Below are positions 27,512-39,902 of a DNA stretch of 64,000 nt, piece after piece (position 1 is the first letter of the stretch; each line of letters begins with the position of its first letter). Source of the stretch: Octopus vulgaris. Its lineage: Eukaryota. The translations under genes and the position numbers were made by a program. Under the pieces are notes generated by a model. It was not told the DNA's origin. It was given only the letters and a program-made list of their open reading frames with translations, and searched no databases. The DNA is taken from NCBI GenBank assembly GCA_951406725.2, contig OX597832.1:37758001-37822000 (forward strand), written 5' to 3'.

Positions 27512-28693
27512 TATATATACACATATATGTGTGTGTGTATGCATGGATATAAATAACGTGAAGTAAAAACGAGAAAAAATAAGCTGTACTCTTTCTCTAA
27601 TTAAAGGTGAAAATCATATCTTCAGTTTGGTTATAGAATCAAAAACATATCACGTGACTTAAAAAATATCTTGCTGGTTGTTTTATCTATATATTTATCA
27701 ATTTAGTTATTGTTATTAATATTGTTATTATTATTATTATTATTATTGTTATTTTTTTTATTCATTTTCCTACATCTTGTTTAGTTGTTTTGCTTCCGCT
27801 ATTGTAATAACATAATAAGCTTTTTGTTCATTCCTCAGTCACATACGTATATTCATACACTCGCATACAAACAAACATATGTACACACACATGAACACGC
27901 ACATAGACACACACTCAAATACATATATCTGTAGGGATGGGGTGGGGTTCGGTGTATGTATATATATAATTTACTTTTAGTTTTTGTTTTACATATATAT
28001 ATATTATTGTTTTTACTTGTACGACTTGAAAAAAATATTCTTCCCAAAACAATGGGCTCGTTATTTTATCAACACGAAGAAACATCCAAGAGATACGAAC
28101 AAATAAGACTTCGTTTTGTTTTTCTAAAAAGTTCAAATTTTGACCACAAAGAGCGGCCATTTTTCCTTGACAAAATGCTATCATATTTCTCTCTCTCTCC
28201 CTTTCATAGTCTCTTTCGCTTTTACTTTTACTCCTAATATCCTATTCACCCTCTCTTTATCTCTCTCTGTATCTGTTTTGTCTCCTTATGGCTTTTTCTA
28301 ATTCCTTACACTCACAGAATATTGATTTCTATCAGACTATTATTAATCCACGCCTGTTCTATTCTGAATTGAGTTCTTTTCAATTTCATTCCGTTCGCCA
28401 TTCGGTCCAACATATGACTTCACACATAGATAGATATTCACGTCATTAGGCCAGTCAATCCTTCTTTTTTTCACAAAGCCAGCTACATATAAACCTCACA
28501 GCGCGTAAATATGGTGGCAAACATGAATTCATAGTTACAAGCATACATTCGTGTGCGTGACTGTATGTGTATGTGTGTGTGTGCATTGTGTATATGCATG
28601 ATATGCATGTATGTATGTATTATGTATTTACCACCCTCTCACTTTCTCTCTCTCTCTCTTTCTCTGCATATGTCATTATGTACGTATTGTCGT

Positions 28694-28726
<33 letters not shown>

Positions 28727-28934
28727 GTATGTATATATAAACATACATATATATATTTAAATATATACAGACATATATATAATGTACACACACACACACA
28801 CACATATACATATACTGAAAGAGAGAGAGGGGGAGAGGGAGAGAGATACATGTGTTTGTACATGTATACAGACACATGCATATATCTGTGTGTATGCATG
28901 GAAGAAAAGGAGGGGGAGAGAAATAAAAGAAGAT

Positions 28935-28943
28935 TAATAATAA

Positions 28944-28980
<37 letters not shown>

Positions 28981-29088
28981 AAGGAGGAGGAGGAGGAGAA
29001 GAAGAAGAAGAAGAAGAAGAAGAAGAAGAAGAAGAAGAAGAAGAAGAAGAAGAAGAAGAAGAAGAAGAAGAAGAAGAAGAAGAAGAAG
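28935..29088. repeat. (AAT)n-(AGG)n-(AGA)n microsatellite
   Basis: Directly visible. Confidence 0.95.
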
Positions 29089-29434
29089 AGTGTTCAGTAT
29101 ATACATTAATAATGTGGCATGATTATCATAGGTATTTTTCAAAACTTTAAACTTCATCCAGTGATATTTCAGACCAAATTATGTAATCATAAGGAAGATA
29201 TGTTTGCTTAGAATAACAGAGCTTCTGAAGAATGTCAGAGAAAACACCGATGTAAAGGCAGTCGAAAAATCTATTCAAATTTGAATTGTTTTACCGAATA
29301 CCTAAAATGCATCTACCTATAGTAGCGTTGATACAATACAAATTGAAGCTATTAAACCATGAAAGAAACGTACGTTAGATGCTAGAAATAGCAACCAAAT
29401 TTCCCCTCAGATCACACCCTACTGCAGTTGCAGT

Positions 29435-29599
29435 GATGTTTGTGCGGTTAAGAAACTTGTTTTTGCAGCCGCATGGTTTCAGGTTCAGTCCCACTGTGCA
29501 GCACTTTGCACAAGTGTCTTCTTCAATGGTCACGAGGCAGATGAATGCCTCTTATGAGCGAATTTGCTCGATGAAATTTTATAGTGGAAAGCTTGGAAC

Positions 29600-29671
<72 letters not shown>

Positions 29672-29759
29672 GCATATATATATATGCATATATAGATATG
29701 TATATATATATATTTATATATGTATATATATATGTATGTATATATATATGCATATATAG

Positions 29760-29806
<47 letters not shown>

Positions 29807-30090
29807 CATACGTATATATATATTTGTTTGTGTGCGTGTGTGTGTATAATTATATGTTTGTATATATATATATATGTCTGTGTCTTGGTGCTTTTTTTAT
29901 CCCGCCACTAACACTTGACAACCTGTGTTAGATCGTTTACGTCCCAGTAACTTAACGGTTCAGCAAAAAGACGCCGATTGAATAAATACCGAACCTTAAA
30001 AATAAGTCCTGGGGTCAATTTGTTCGACTAAACAGATCAAGATGCTATCCCAGCATGACCACAGCCTCTTTCTGAAACCGATAAAAGAAT
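29435..30090 (+). mobile_element. SINE family A, diverged, with ~290-bp expanded internal microsatellite
   Basis: Head GGTTAAGAAACTTG..GGTTCAGTCCCACTG; tail GTTTACGTCCC..AATAAGTCCTGGGGTCAATTTGTTCGACTAAA..CCAGCATGACCACAG. Confidence 0.75.
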
Positions 30091-30231
30091 AATAGAACAA
30101 AAGAATAGTAAAGTATTGATCCAAGCCAGTTGATTGGCCGAATGGCGGTTGAATGTCTGATCGGATACCTTTCGGAAATTATTCCGATTTTCTGGGAGAC
30201 ATTTGTATCAAGAGTCCAGCTTAAGGATAAC

Positions 30232-30292
<61 letters not shown>

Positions 30293-30347
30293 TCCTAACA
30301 GAGTTGAAAAGCCTGTAAATGTGCCATGGGCACTGCAAGCGTACATA

Positions 30348-30413
30348 CAGGGTGTTCGGGCTATATTTGACAGTTTACATAAAAAGAAAACAAAATACAA
30401 TATCCCAACTAAA

Positions 30414-30445
<32 letters not shown>

Positions 30446-30770
30446 TAATAATGATGATAATAATAATAATGATAATAATAATAAAAGTAAATATCAAGTA
30501 GATAATAACTGGGAGATAACAGTTCATTCAAAGTAGCCGTATTAGCTTCAACCACAAACGCAACACAGCTCCGGAACCTGTGACATGCGTCCCTTACTGT
30601 GTCCCTGGGGAGATCTTCGAACATATTATATTCAGCCTTGGTGTTGCAGGCAGAGCGGTTGGTGTTTTCTCGACCGTACTTCGCACACATTAATCTAACG
30701 GATTACAATCGGAGCCATTAGGAAACCAAATATTGCGGCTGGTGATTTCATAGAAATTCTCCGACAACTA
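30348..30770 (-). mobile_element. Tc1/mariner (maT/DD37D-like) 3' end: decayed transposase C-terminus plus one TIR
   Basis: Minus strand LSENFYEITSRNIWFPNGSDCNPLD* and NRSACNTKAE..FEDLPRDTVRDACHRFRSCVAFVVEA, resembling WPPNSPDLNPLDY...RFRSRLEAVVEAEGGYFE; terminus TA|CAGGGTGTTCGG at 30346-30359. Confidence 0.8.
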
Positions 30771-30805
30771 CTACATAAATATATATATTGAGTGCATGTG
30801 CATAA

Positions 30806-30864
<59 letters not shown>

Positions 30865-31742
30865 AAAACTCCACTAGAATGGACGAAAGCGCTAATATAT
30901 GATGTATGATATATGATGTATAAAAACATGTAGTATAAAAATAAATATCTGTAAATATAAAACCATCATCTCCAAACCTTCTAATATATATATATATATA
31001 TATGCACTCAATATTCCAAATGTATTGAGTCCTTTCTTAAATTTCGGATACCATTATCATATAATAAAATATATTTTATATGTATGTATATGTGTGTGTG
31101 TGACTGTGTGTAAGCGTATTATATTTCTAATAGACTCGAGCTGTCATCTGCAGCGAATATATGCGTCAATAACCATGAACACACATCTGTAGTCCGATAC
31201 ACATCTATATGTGTAACATATACATGTTTGGGCAACATATACTTGGATTACTGCGTTGATATTAGTGTATGTTTCTGTAAAACATTTGACATATCTGACA
31301 GTTAACTGGAAGTCTTCCATTTTGTTTAATGATATCGTTAATGCTTGCGACATATCTATGGCACACACGCATAAACAGCGACACTAGTATATATCTGTAT
31401 GTACGCATCTATGTATCTATGTATGTATATATTTATGTATGTATGTATATATATGAGTTTCATGAGCAAACAGTATTGGCTAGGTGACCCAGTAGTGATG
31501 TATACCGAAAGATCTGACATTAAATGGTTACTTAGGCAAACAGAAGGATAGCTATTTAGAGAGAGAAAGAGAGAGAGAGAGGTTATATGTATAGAAATAT
31601 ATTCACATATTCATAAACATGAAGATACGCCGGTTGACAGAACGATTTATGGATGTGTGTATATGTGTGCTGCTAGAAGGAAAGATGGACACGCATAAAT
31701 CAAACGCAAATACACCCAACCATATAGATTCACAGACACACA

Positions 31743-31785
<43 letters not shown>

Positions 31786-31809
31786 ACACATTAATATAGA
31801 TATATATGT

Positions 31810-31929
31810 ATTTTCGGCCATATCACGTTGAAAACATCAGTTCTCGTCCGATCGCTGAAGTTAAGCAACGTCGAGCCTGGTTAGTACTCAGACTGGTGAC
31901 CGCTTGAGAAACCTTGCTGCTACAAACGT
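31810..31929 (+). pseudogene. 5S rRNA pseudogene (near full length)
   Basis: CGGCCATATCACGTTGAAAACATCAGTTCTCGTCCGATCGCTGAAGTTAAGCAACGTCGAGCCTGGTTAGTACT follows the invertebrate 5S sequence; CpG-type substitutions, broken terminal helix and C box; solitary copy. Confidence 0.9.
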
Positions 31930-31939
31930 CTTTAAAAAT

Positions 31940-32046
31940 AGGCGCAGGAGTGGCTGTGTGGTAAGAAGCTTGCTTCCCAACCACATGGTTCTAGGTTCAG
32001 TCCCACTGCGTGGCACCTTGAGCAAGTGTCATCTACAATGGCCTCG
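31940..32046 (+). mobile_element. SINE family A, 5' fragment
   Basis: AGGCGCAGGAGTGGCTGTGTGGTAAGAAGCTTGCTTCCCAACCACATGGTTCTAGGTTCAGTCCCACTGCGTGGCACCTTGAGCAAGTGTC. Confidence 0.9.
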
Positions 32047-32202
32047 AACATTTCCTTAGGACATTTCCTGGGATTAGAGGAGTTGCTGGTTTGAGCTTCG
32101 TTGTCCTTGCACAAACGGTCTGGGAGGAGTTAACAAGCATAAAGATCGGACAGAGAAACATCACTAAATTTATATCATATATATATAAATGTATATATAT
32201 AT

Positions 32203-32530
32203 AGGCGCAGGAGTGGCTGTGTGGTAAGTAGCTTGCTAACCAACCACATGGTTTCGGGTTCAGTCCCACTGTGTGGATTTGGTAGACGGAAACTGAAAGA
32301 AGCCTGTCGTATATATGTATATATGTGTATGTGTGTGTGTTTGTCCCACTAGCATTGCTTATCAACCGATGCTAGTGTGTTTACGTCCCCGTCACTTAGC
32401 GGTTCGGCAAAAGAGACCGATAGAATAAGTACTGGGCTTACAAAGAATAAGTCCCGGGGTCGATTTGCTCGACTAAGGGCGATGCTCCAGCATGGACGCA
32501 GTCAAATGACTGAAACAAGTAAAAGAAAGA
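32203..32530 (+). mobile_element. SINE family A with internal deletion
   Basis: Full head and tail (GACTGAAACAAGTAAAAGA); about 55 bp missing between CCCACTG and GTGGATTTGG relative to other copies. Confidence 0.9.
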
Positions 32531-32739
32531 CTAAAATATATATATATATATTTATATATATGTTGCTGACACATCCAAATTCAATAATATAGTTTGTTGG
32601 TGTCAAAATTGTGATGATATTTGGTCGATAACTGATGAGGGATGGACATGTCCGAGTTCATTGTACGTTTTGTCCTATTTATTCCACATACCCGAGCGAG
32701 CACACGTGCGCGCTTTTTTTACGGAACTTACATACAATT

Positions 32740-32980
32740 TCTAGCCCAGTGGCTTCATGCTACTGAGTTGCCCATTAATTTTCATCCGGAAAGACAAAAG
32801 TTGACGAGAATGTCAAAATTCTTGTCAATTATAATGGCGGAATGTCGAAATTTTGTTTTGCCATTGTTGGTAGTCAACCAATAGGAATCCTCGGGTGCTG
32901 GAAATTCCATCAGAAAATTCTATTAGAAAATTCCTTCTAGTCTGCACGGACCTCCATCTTTTTGTTCGTTATTAAAAAGG
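32740..32980 (-). mobile_element. Possible short non-autonomous Helitron-like element
   Basis: Minus strand starts CCCTTTTTAATAACGAAC and ends with hairpin CTCAGTAGC..GCCACTGGG then CTAG; internal hairpin TGACGAGAAT..ATTCTTGTCA. Confidence 0.35.
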
Positions 32981-33392
32981 GTGTTTGTGCATCTGTATCT
33001 GTCTGTGTTCGATCCTGCAGCATCGGTCAGGAATGTAAGACAACCTTAGTGCTTAATCCTTCAATAGCTGCTTTATCTTATTCGGCTACAGATTTATTAT
33101 AACTAATCTTAAAATACGTGTATCCGTGGTACTGTGACACATGCCTCAGTCACAGGAGGTACCTGATTCAATTACACGAAATATTTGTTTATTGTTGTTG
33201 TTATTACCGTTGTCGTTAGTGTTGTTGTTGTCGTTGCTGATGCTGTTACTATTTATATTGTTGTTTTGATTCAGAATGTTGTTATTTTCGAAAGAAAAAT
33301 GTTCCCAAACAACCAAATATATAAATTGACACGTCTCGGTGGAAGTTTGATGTTTATCTTATCTTTTCACCATGTAAAATAGATGATAGACT

Positions 33393-33466
<74 letters not shown>

Positions 33467-33473
33467 TGATATT

Positions 33474-33687
33474 AACAAGAGCACTCAGAGAGCGCAAACC
33501 TCCGCCAAGGCCACAACAACATCCTCTCAATGATTAGCCAGAGATTTTTAAAATGAGAAAATCTGAGATAAACTCGACTGCTCTCACAAACGAGAATACT
33601 AAAAATGAACCCAACCGCTCTCAAAAATTAAGTAAAGATAACCGGAGAAATAATCCAGAATCTTTGTCCGGTACCTGATCGATCCCA
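33474..33687. mobile_element. Helentron-associated (HINE/DINE-like) non-autonomous element end
   Basis: AACAAGAGCACTCAGAGAGCGCAAACCTCCGCCAAGGC terminus (short palindrome plus ACCTCCGCCAAGG sub-terminal motif); partner end absent. Confidence 0.55.
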
Positions 33688-33869
33688 GTGGTAGTCATGG
33701 AATGTGAAGATGGCTGTAGATAATTTAGAAACAGTAATAAATAGTTTATCCTTATGTAATACAAGCCAAAGTTAAGAAATTCATTATTCAAAATAGTTAC
33801 AGCCTAAAGGGAGATAATCGAGAAAGACATGAAAGTTAACGTAAGATCGTAATAATAATGATAATGATA

Positions 33870-34015
33870 ATAGTTTCACGTTTTTGCACAAAGGGAGGTG
33901 CTAAAGCGAACACATGACCCTCTAATGCTCAACTGGTAATTACTTTATCGACTCCGAATGGATTAAAGGCAAAGTCAACCTCGGCGTGCTTATCATTCTG
34001 CCAGCCCGCCACCTT
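33870..34015 (-). mobile_element. SINE family B, internally deleted
   Basis: CTCAACTGGTAATTACTTTATCGACTCCGAATGGATTAAAGGCAAAGTCAACCTCGGC..ATTCTGCCAGCCCGCCACCTT. Confidence 0.7.
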
Positions 34016-34016
34016 T

Positions 34017-34091
<75 letters not shown>

Positions 34092-34094
<3 letters not shown>

Positions 34095-34196
34095 TGCCTG
34101 GTGTACCCTTATCAGACGGGTAGTCATGATGGGTATATTGGGCTTCGTATATTTTACCCCAGTGTCACTTTGATGGCATGCACTGCTCTCTCACTC
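34092..34196 (+). mobile_element. 5'-truncated 3' end of a non-LTR retroelement inserted in (TAA)n (Dong/R4-like by target)
   Basis: Unique 105-bp segment between two long (AAT)n arrays; second copy inverted at 45713-45796, also ending in (AAT)n. Confidence 0.6.
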
Positions 34197-34254
<58 letters not shown>

Positions 34255-34255
34255 T

Positions 34256-34325
<70 letters not shown>

Positions 34326-34328
34326 GAT

Positions 34329-34361
<33 letters not shown>

Positions 34362-34425
34362 AAGAAGAAGAAGAAGAAGAAGAAGAAGAAGAAGAAGAAG
34401 AAGAAGAAGAAGAAGAAGAAGAAGA
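34197..34425. repeat. (AAT)n-(AAG)n microsatellite
   Basis: Directly visible. Confidence 0.95.
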
Positions 34426-34688
34426 ATGTATTAGATACAGCAATATGAAAGGAGACCGTTCAAATTTAGTTCATCCAGCCAAGAGTGCAATGAGAGTGAA
34501 TAACAACTGAAAAGATCGCCGGTGTTATGGTTTTATGTCTAAGTAAATTAAACAAATACGATCTCAGATATATCACATACATAAAATATTGAATATCTAC
34601 CTCCAGTAAATTATCGTGGAAAACATGTAAGGTCGTATCTATCGTCATACCACAAATAGTTTACCCACAACCCCTAACTTTCTTGGAG

Positions 34689-34725
<37 letters not shown>

Positions 34726-34791
34726 TAGGTAAATGTGTGCAAATGCTCACATGTATATAGACCTGTATACACGCATATGATATATATATAT

Positions 34792-35110
34792 GTAAAAGAA
34801 ATACAAACTGGGACAAGAAAGCAAAACATTTAGAAGACGATACAAAAAACACGGACGGAACATTCGAAGCCTTCAATCTTCAGTCAAGAAATGGATCATC
34901 CTCGCAATTTCGGCTGAATAATCTTGAGATTGCTCCGATCTGGCAAATCCCAAAGGAAAATCTAAGCCAAGCGCATTAGATTCCTTGGAAGAAAACATCG
35001 AATGTATACAAAACAAGGACGGAAAAACGGATGATATTACACGAATAAGAATACAAAAATACGTAAAAACAATAATGATAATAATAATAACAAAAACAGG
35101 ACGTCACAGA
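34792..35110. mobile_element. Unclassified ~320-bp element inserted in (TA)n
   Basis: Bounded by (TA)n on both sides; its start ATACAAACTGGGACAAGAAAGCAAAACAT recurs inverted at 11516-11544, again abutting (TA)n. Confidence 0.45.
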
Positions 35111-35740
35111 TATATATATATATACACATATACAATATATATATATACACATATACAATATATATATATATGAACCGAGCAATACAAAATAAAGGGTTTA
35201 TGTAGGAAATGCACATGTACAGGCTTACACACACACACACACACACACACATTCATGGAAACACACTTAGGGCGCACATACACGTACACACAATCACCCT
35301 GTACAGGGCATGAATGATGACGTATCATAGAATAATAACAGGGGCCGTGTCAATAGATAATTGTATGGAATGATGGAAAAGGGAAGAGAGAAAGGCTTGG
35401 TCGTGCTAAAATGTAGTCGTCGATTTCTCTGAATGGAGTCTACGAGAGTTACGCACCGAAACCATCTAAATGCAAATAGATATGCACATGTTGAAGTACG
35501 CTCAACAATGCACAACCCAAAAGCTGCATTGTTGCAACGATAGAGAAGCAACTTGGTGCACACAGGGAAAACGGAAAGGAAATGTTGATGCAAAGATTCT
35601 CAATAAATACCAACACATAACACGATATGTATATAAGATGTATATGTCTGTCTATCTATCTATCTATCTATCTATCTGCTAATGGTGTATAAAACGGGTT
35701 CGTTTTTCAGAATTGATAGAAGAGAGATGTCGATCTGTAT

Positions 35741-35940
35741 TCTTTTACTTGCTTCAGTCCTTTTACTGCGGCCATACTGCAGTACCGCCTTTAATTGAAT
35801 TCGACCCCAGGACTTGTTCTTTGTAAGCCTAGTACTTATTGTATCGGTCTCTTTTGTTGAATCGCTAGGTTATGGGGACGTAAATATACCAACATCGATT
35901 GTCAAGCGAATGTGAAGGGGACAAATACAGACATACAAAT

Positions 35941-35999
<59 letters not shown>

Positions 36000-36172
36000 T
36001 GTGTGTGTATATATATACATATATATAAGGGGCTTCTTTCAGTTTCCGTCTACCAAATCTACTAGCCCAAGGCTATAGTAGAAAACGCTTGCTCAAGATG
36101 CACCACAGTGGGACTGAACCATGAACCATGTATTTGGAAAGCAAACTTCGTACCACACTGCCACGCCTGCGC
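35741..36172 (-). mobile_element. SINE family A, full length
   Basis: Tail TCTTTTACTTGCTTCAGTC, internal (CA)/(TA), head CACACTGCCACGCCTGCGC. Confidence 0.9.
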
Positions 36173-36237
36173 GTATAAACACACATACACATGTACACAC
36201 ATATGTGTATGGGGAAGATTGTTGGGTTAGACTAATG

Positions 36238-36470
36238 CAGTGGATCTGAGCCATTTTTTTGCCTGTAGATCACTTGTTCTTGGACCTCGGTAGCCATTTC
36301 ATGTATATAAAAAGAAAATCCTACTGCATTTTTATAATTAAATATTATTCAGGAATTATATAAAAAGAAGTTAAACAATTTATTGTAGATAAATTTTAAC
36401 AACAAAATCTTATATAGATCCCTCTTACGCCACCCGCAAGGGCCATAAGGTTCCCTGTTCAGAACTAGTT
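36238..36470. mobile_element. Decayed hAT-type MITE
   Basis: CAGTGGATCTGAGCCATTTTTT ... GTTCAGAACTAGTT degenerate TIRs; resembles 56288-56618 in the opposite orientation. Confidence 0.5.
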
Positions 36471-36807
36471 CTCTACAGTTATCACCCTTGATATTGTTAC
36501 TGCGAAGAGAGAGAGAGGGAGAGAGAGAGAGAGAGAGAGAGAGAAGAGATGAGAAGGGAGAGAGGGAGAAGGAGAGGGAAAGAGGGAGAGGGAGAGAAAA
36601 AAATACAGATGGCCAGAGAGGCGGCTAATTAGATACATACATACATGCATAAATACAAACACATATACGTATGTTTATATGCATGCATGTTTGTGAGCAA
36701 TTAATTGTGTGTGCGTGTGTATGAGTGCGAGTGTGAGAATGTGTACGTTTATGTGATTAGGTGTGAATGTGTACATGTGTACACGTGTATACGTACATGT
36801 GTGAATG

Positions 36808-36844
<37 letters not shown>

Positions 36845-37293
36845 ATGTGTATGTATGCATGTGTGTGTGTGTGTGCGCATTTCATAAGAGTGGCTTGACT
36901 GAATGGCGAAACAAATCCAAAACGTCAGCCAGTATGGGCTGGAATAGCAAGAAGGGTGTTTGTGTAAGGGGGAGGGCCTGGCTAAACCTCAGCTGACAGC
37001 CCTTCATCAGGCAGATAATATCGATGACAGGACACCCCATGATACGCTGCACTGTCCTGCATAAAGATTGGGGGGAGTGACTGTGGTAGAAGGAACAGCA
37101 GGGACAAAGTAGCGAAAGAAAGGGACAAGGGAGGACGGTGTCACTTTGGGTTCGGGGGGGGAGGTCACGGAGAATCAGAATGGTAGGAAGAAACAGTCAC
37201 GTCTGTACACGTATGCAGGTATCACGATTATACATGCATGCATACATACGCACATACATTTATATATATATATACATGTATATATACATGTGC

Positions 37294-37361
<68 letters not shown>

Positions 37362-37513
37362 ACGTATATATGTATATATAAGTATATATATGTTTAAATA
37401 TATATACACACATATATGTATATATGAGCACATACATATATATATATATGTGTGTGTGTGAATACATGCTCGTGTGTGTGTGCCTGTGCGTGCGTGTGTG
37501 TTTGTGTTTGTGC

Positions 37514-37544
<31 letters not shown>

Positions 37545-37628
37545 TGTATGGAAAGAAGGAGTGGTTTACAGCAAGAAAGAAAGCAGAGGTAGATAGATAG
37601 TTAAGTAGGTAGGTAGGTAAGCTAACAT

Positions 37629-37729
<101 letters not shown>

Positions 37730-37818
37730 CAGAAGTGTTAGCACGCTGCAAGTTTATAATGGTATGATTAGTTGCTTGAAAGGTATATGTGTGTATGTGG
37801 TATCTATTATTCCGTCAC

Positions 37819-37879
<61 letters not shown>

Positions 37880-37964
37880 TAACTGGTTTTAATGGTAGTA
37901 GCCCCAGTGATAATTGGTAAACCTATGTAGTGTAGGCAATAATACTGTGGTGAATGTGGTTGTA

Positions 37965-38170
37965 ATATTGGTTTCAAATTTTGACACAAGGTCAGAAATT
38001 TGGGGGATGGGTTAGTCGATTATATCGATTCCAGTATTCAACTGGTTCTTGTTTTATCGACTCCTAACGGACAAAAGCCAAAGTGGATCTCGTTGTAATT
38101 TGAATTCAGAACTTAAAGACGGGCGAAATGCTGCCAAGCAATTTGCCTGGCGTGCAAACGGTTCTGCCAT
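37965..38170 (-). mobile_element. SINE family B
   Basis: ATTGGTTTCAAATTTTGACACAAGG..TTAGTCGATTATATCGA..GACGGGCGAAATGCTGCCAAGCA..GGTTCTGCCA. Confidence 0.8.
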
Positions 38171-38844
38171 TTTGTGTCAGATGTTGCTGTAATATTCGCT
38201 GTAGAGGCTGTAGTAGAGTGGTACTGTCTATAGTTGGGATTGTTGCTGGAAGGGTGTGGGTGTTTACTGCATGTAGTGCATGTATGACAGAAATGTTCGT
38301 GGCGTTATAGAAAAGCGACCAAAATTGTAAAGAGGATAATAACAGTATGACATTCACTGTAGTCTCATAGTGGTGATGGTATGGAGCTAAGTTCAGTGGT
38401 TGCAATGGTATTGTTGTTTAATCCCCGACCATAATTTATCCACTTGATCTAAGAACAAAAACACTCCACCAAATGTTTTGCAGTCATTGATTTACATTAT
38501 CTAATGTGTCTTTCCTAACTTTCTTCTGTACTTAGAATATGATTTTAAAGCAATTTCGCTATAGTTTCTGGTTCATCAAGAGGCCCTATAAAAGCTCTTT
38601 GACGCTGTAATCCTTTCAGAAGGCTGCAGGTCTGTTGCCTCTCGACTTCAGCAATAAGTGTTGAGATCGATTCATTCAACCAAAAGTTCTTCCCAGGCGG
38701 TGCCCCAGCGTAGCCGCAGTCTAATTACTAAAACAAGTAAAAGATAACAGAAATAGAGAAGTGTTATTTTCTCCTTTTTTAACTAGAAAAGAATTTGATC
38801 GCAATACCATAAAGATCAGTTACTACCTTCTGCTGCTCAAACCT

Positions 38845-39030
38845 TGTGGGTTGGCAGTATCATTAGAGCGTCGGCAAAATGTCTTGCGGCTCTTTATTTT
38901 CTGAATTTAAATCCCGCAAAGGTCGACTTTGTCTTTCATTTCTCCAGGGTCGATAAAATTACCAGCCAGTCACGTACTGTGGGGTCATTAATTCCCCCAA
39001 CAATCACTGCCTTTATGACTAAATTACAGC
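38845..39030 (+). mobile_element. SINE family B, diverged
   Basis: TTGGCAGTATCATTAGAGCGTCGG..GGTCGACTTTGTCTTTCAT..GGGTCGATAAAATTACCAG. Confidence 0.7.
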
Positions 39031-39635
39031 GATAGTAAGAAAATAGCGGGCCGTGGTTCATTTCTCATCAAGGTGATTGCCTGGCACTTTGTTTTCTTTT
39101 TGCTCGTGATATTTAGAAATATACACCATTTATACATACATCGTTTATATATACTCCGTATCATCTTACTTTGCATTCAAAGTTAATTCCAGTTGTATCT
39201 CAATAGCCATAACAAATTTTATGTACTACAAATGTATAGTTTTACAGTAAATATTTTTTGCACACGTTTTTTTTTTCTTTTTTGTTTTGAACGCACTGCT
39301 TACCCCGATGAAAAATAAAATAGAGTCTGGAGCAGAAAACTACTCATTTTTTTTATCAAATGAATTCCTTTGAAAAAATGTATGTAATTGCAATTTTTAT
39401 AGTAAATCTGCAGATGTGTTTTTTCCAACATCCGACACTTTAGCACGTAAGTATATATACACACACACACACTCACGCACACACACACACGAAAGCACAC
39501 ACGCAAGCACACGCACACAAAATCATATGAATACAGGAGTATATACAAGCGCACAGAAACCTACTCATTTTACTATGTCTGCATACATATACAACGTATG
39601 TATGTGTGTGTTAGGTATGCGTGAGTATCTATCTA

Positions 39636-39679
<44 letters not shown>

Positions 39680-39845
39680 AACACACATATATATGTGGGT
39701 AAGTAGATATATATGCACACACGTACACACATACACACGCACACTCATACACATTCAACAGAATAAAACATGTAAATAAGACAAAGCAAACAATCGCAGT
39801 TAGACAAACATTTTACAAGTATTTTTCATGCTTCTATTCACGCGC

Positions 39846-39902
<57 letters not shown>

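Noticed and set aside
31810-31929. Functional 5S rRNA gene
   Set aside because: Terminal helix and C box are mutated, CpG decay is evident, and there is no tandem array.
32632-32660. CTGATGAG-GGA..TCC-GAGT as a hammerhead
   Set aside because: The GAAA core and helix III/NUH are missing; too weak to call alone.
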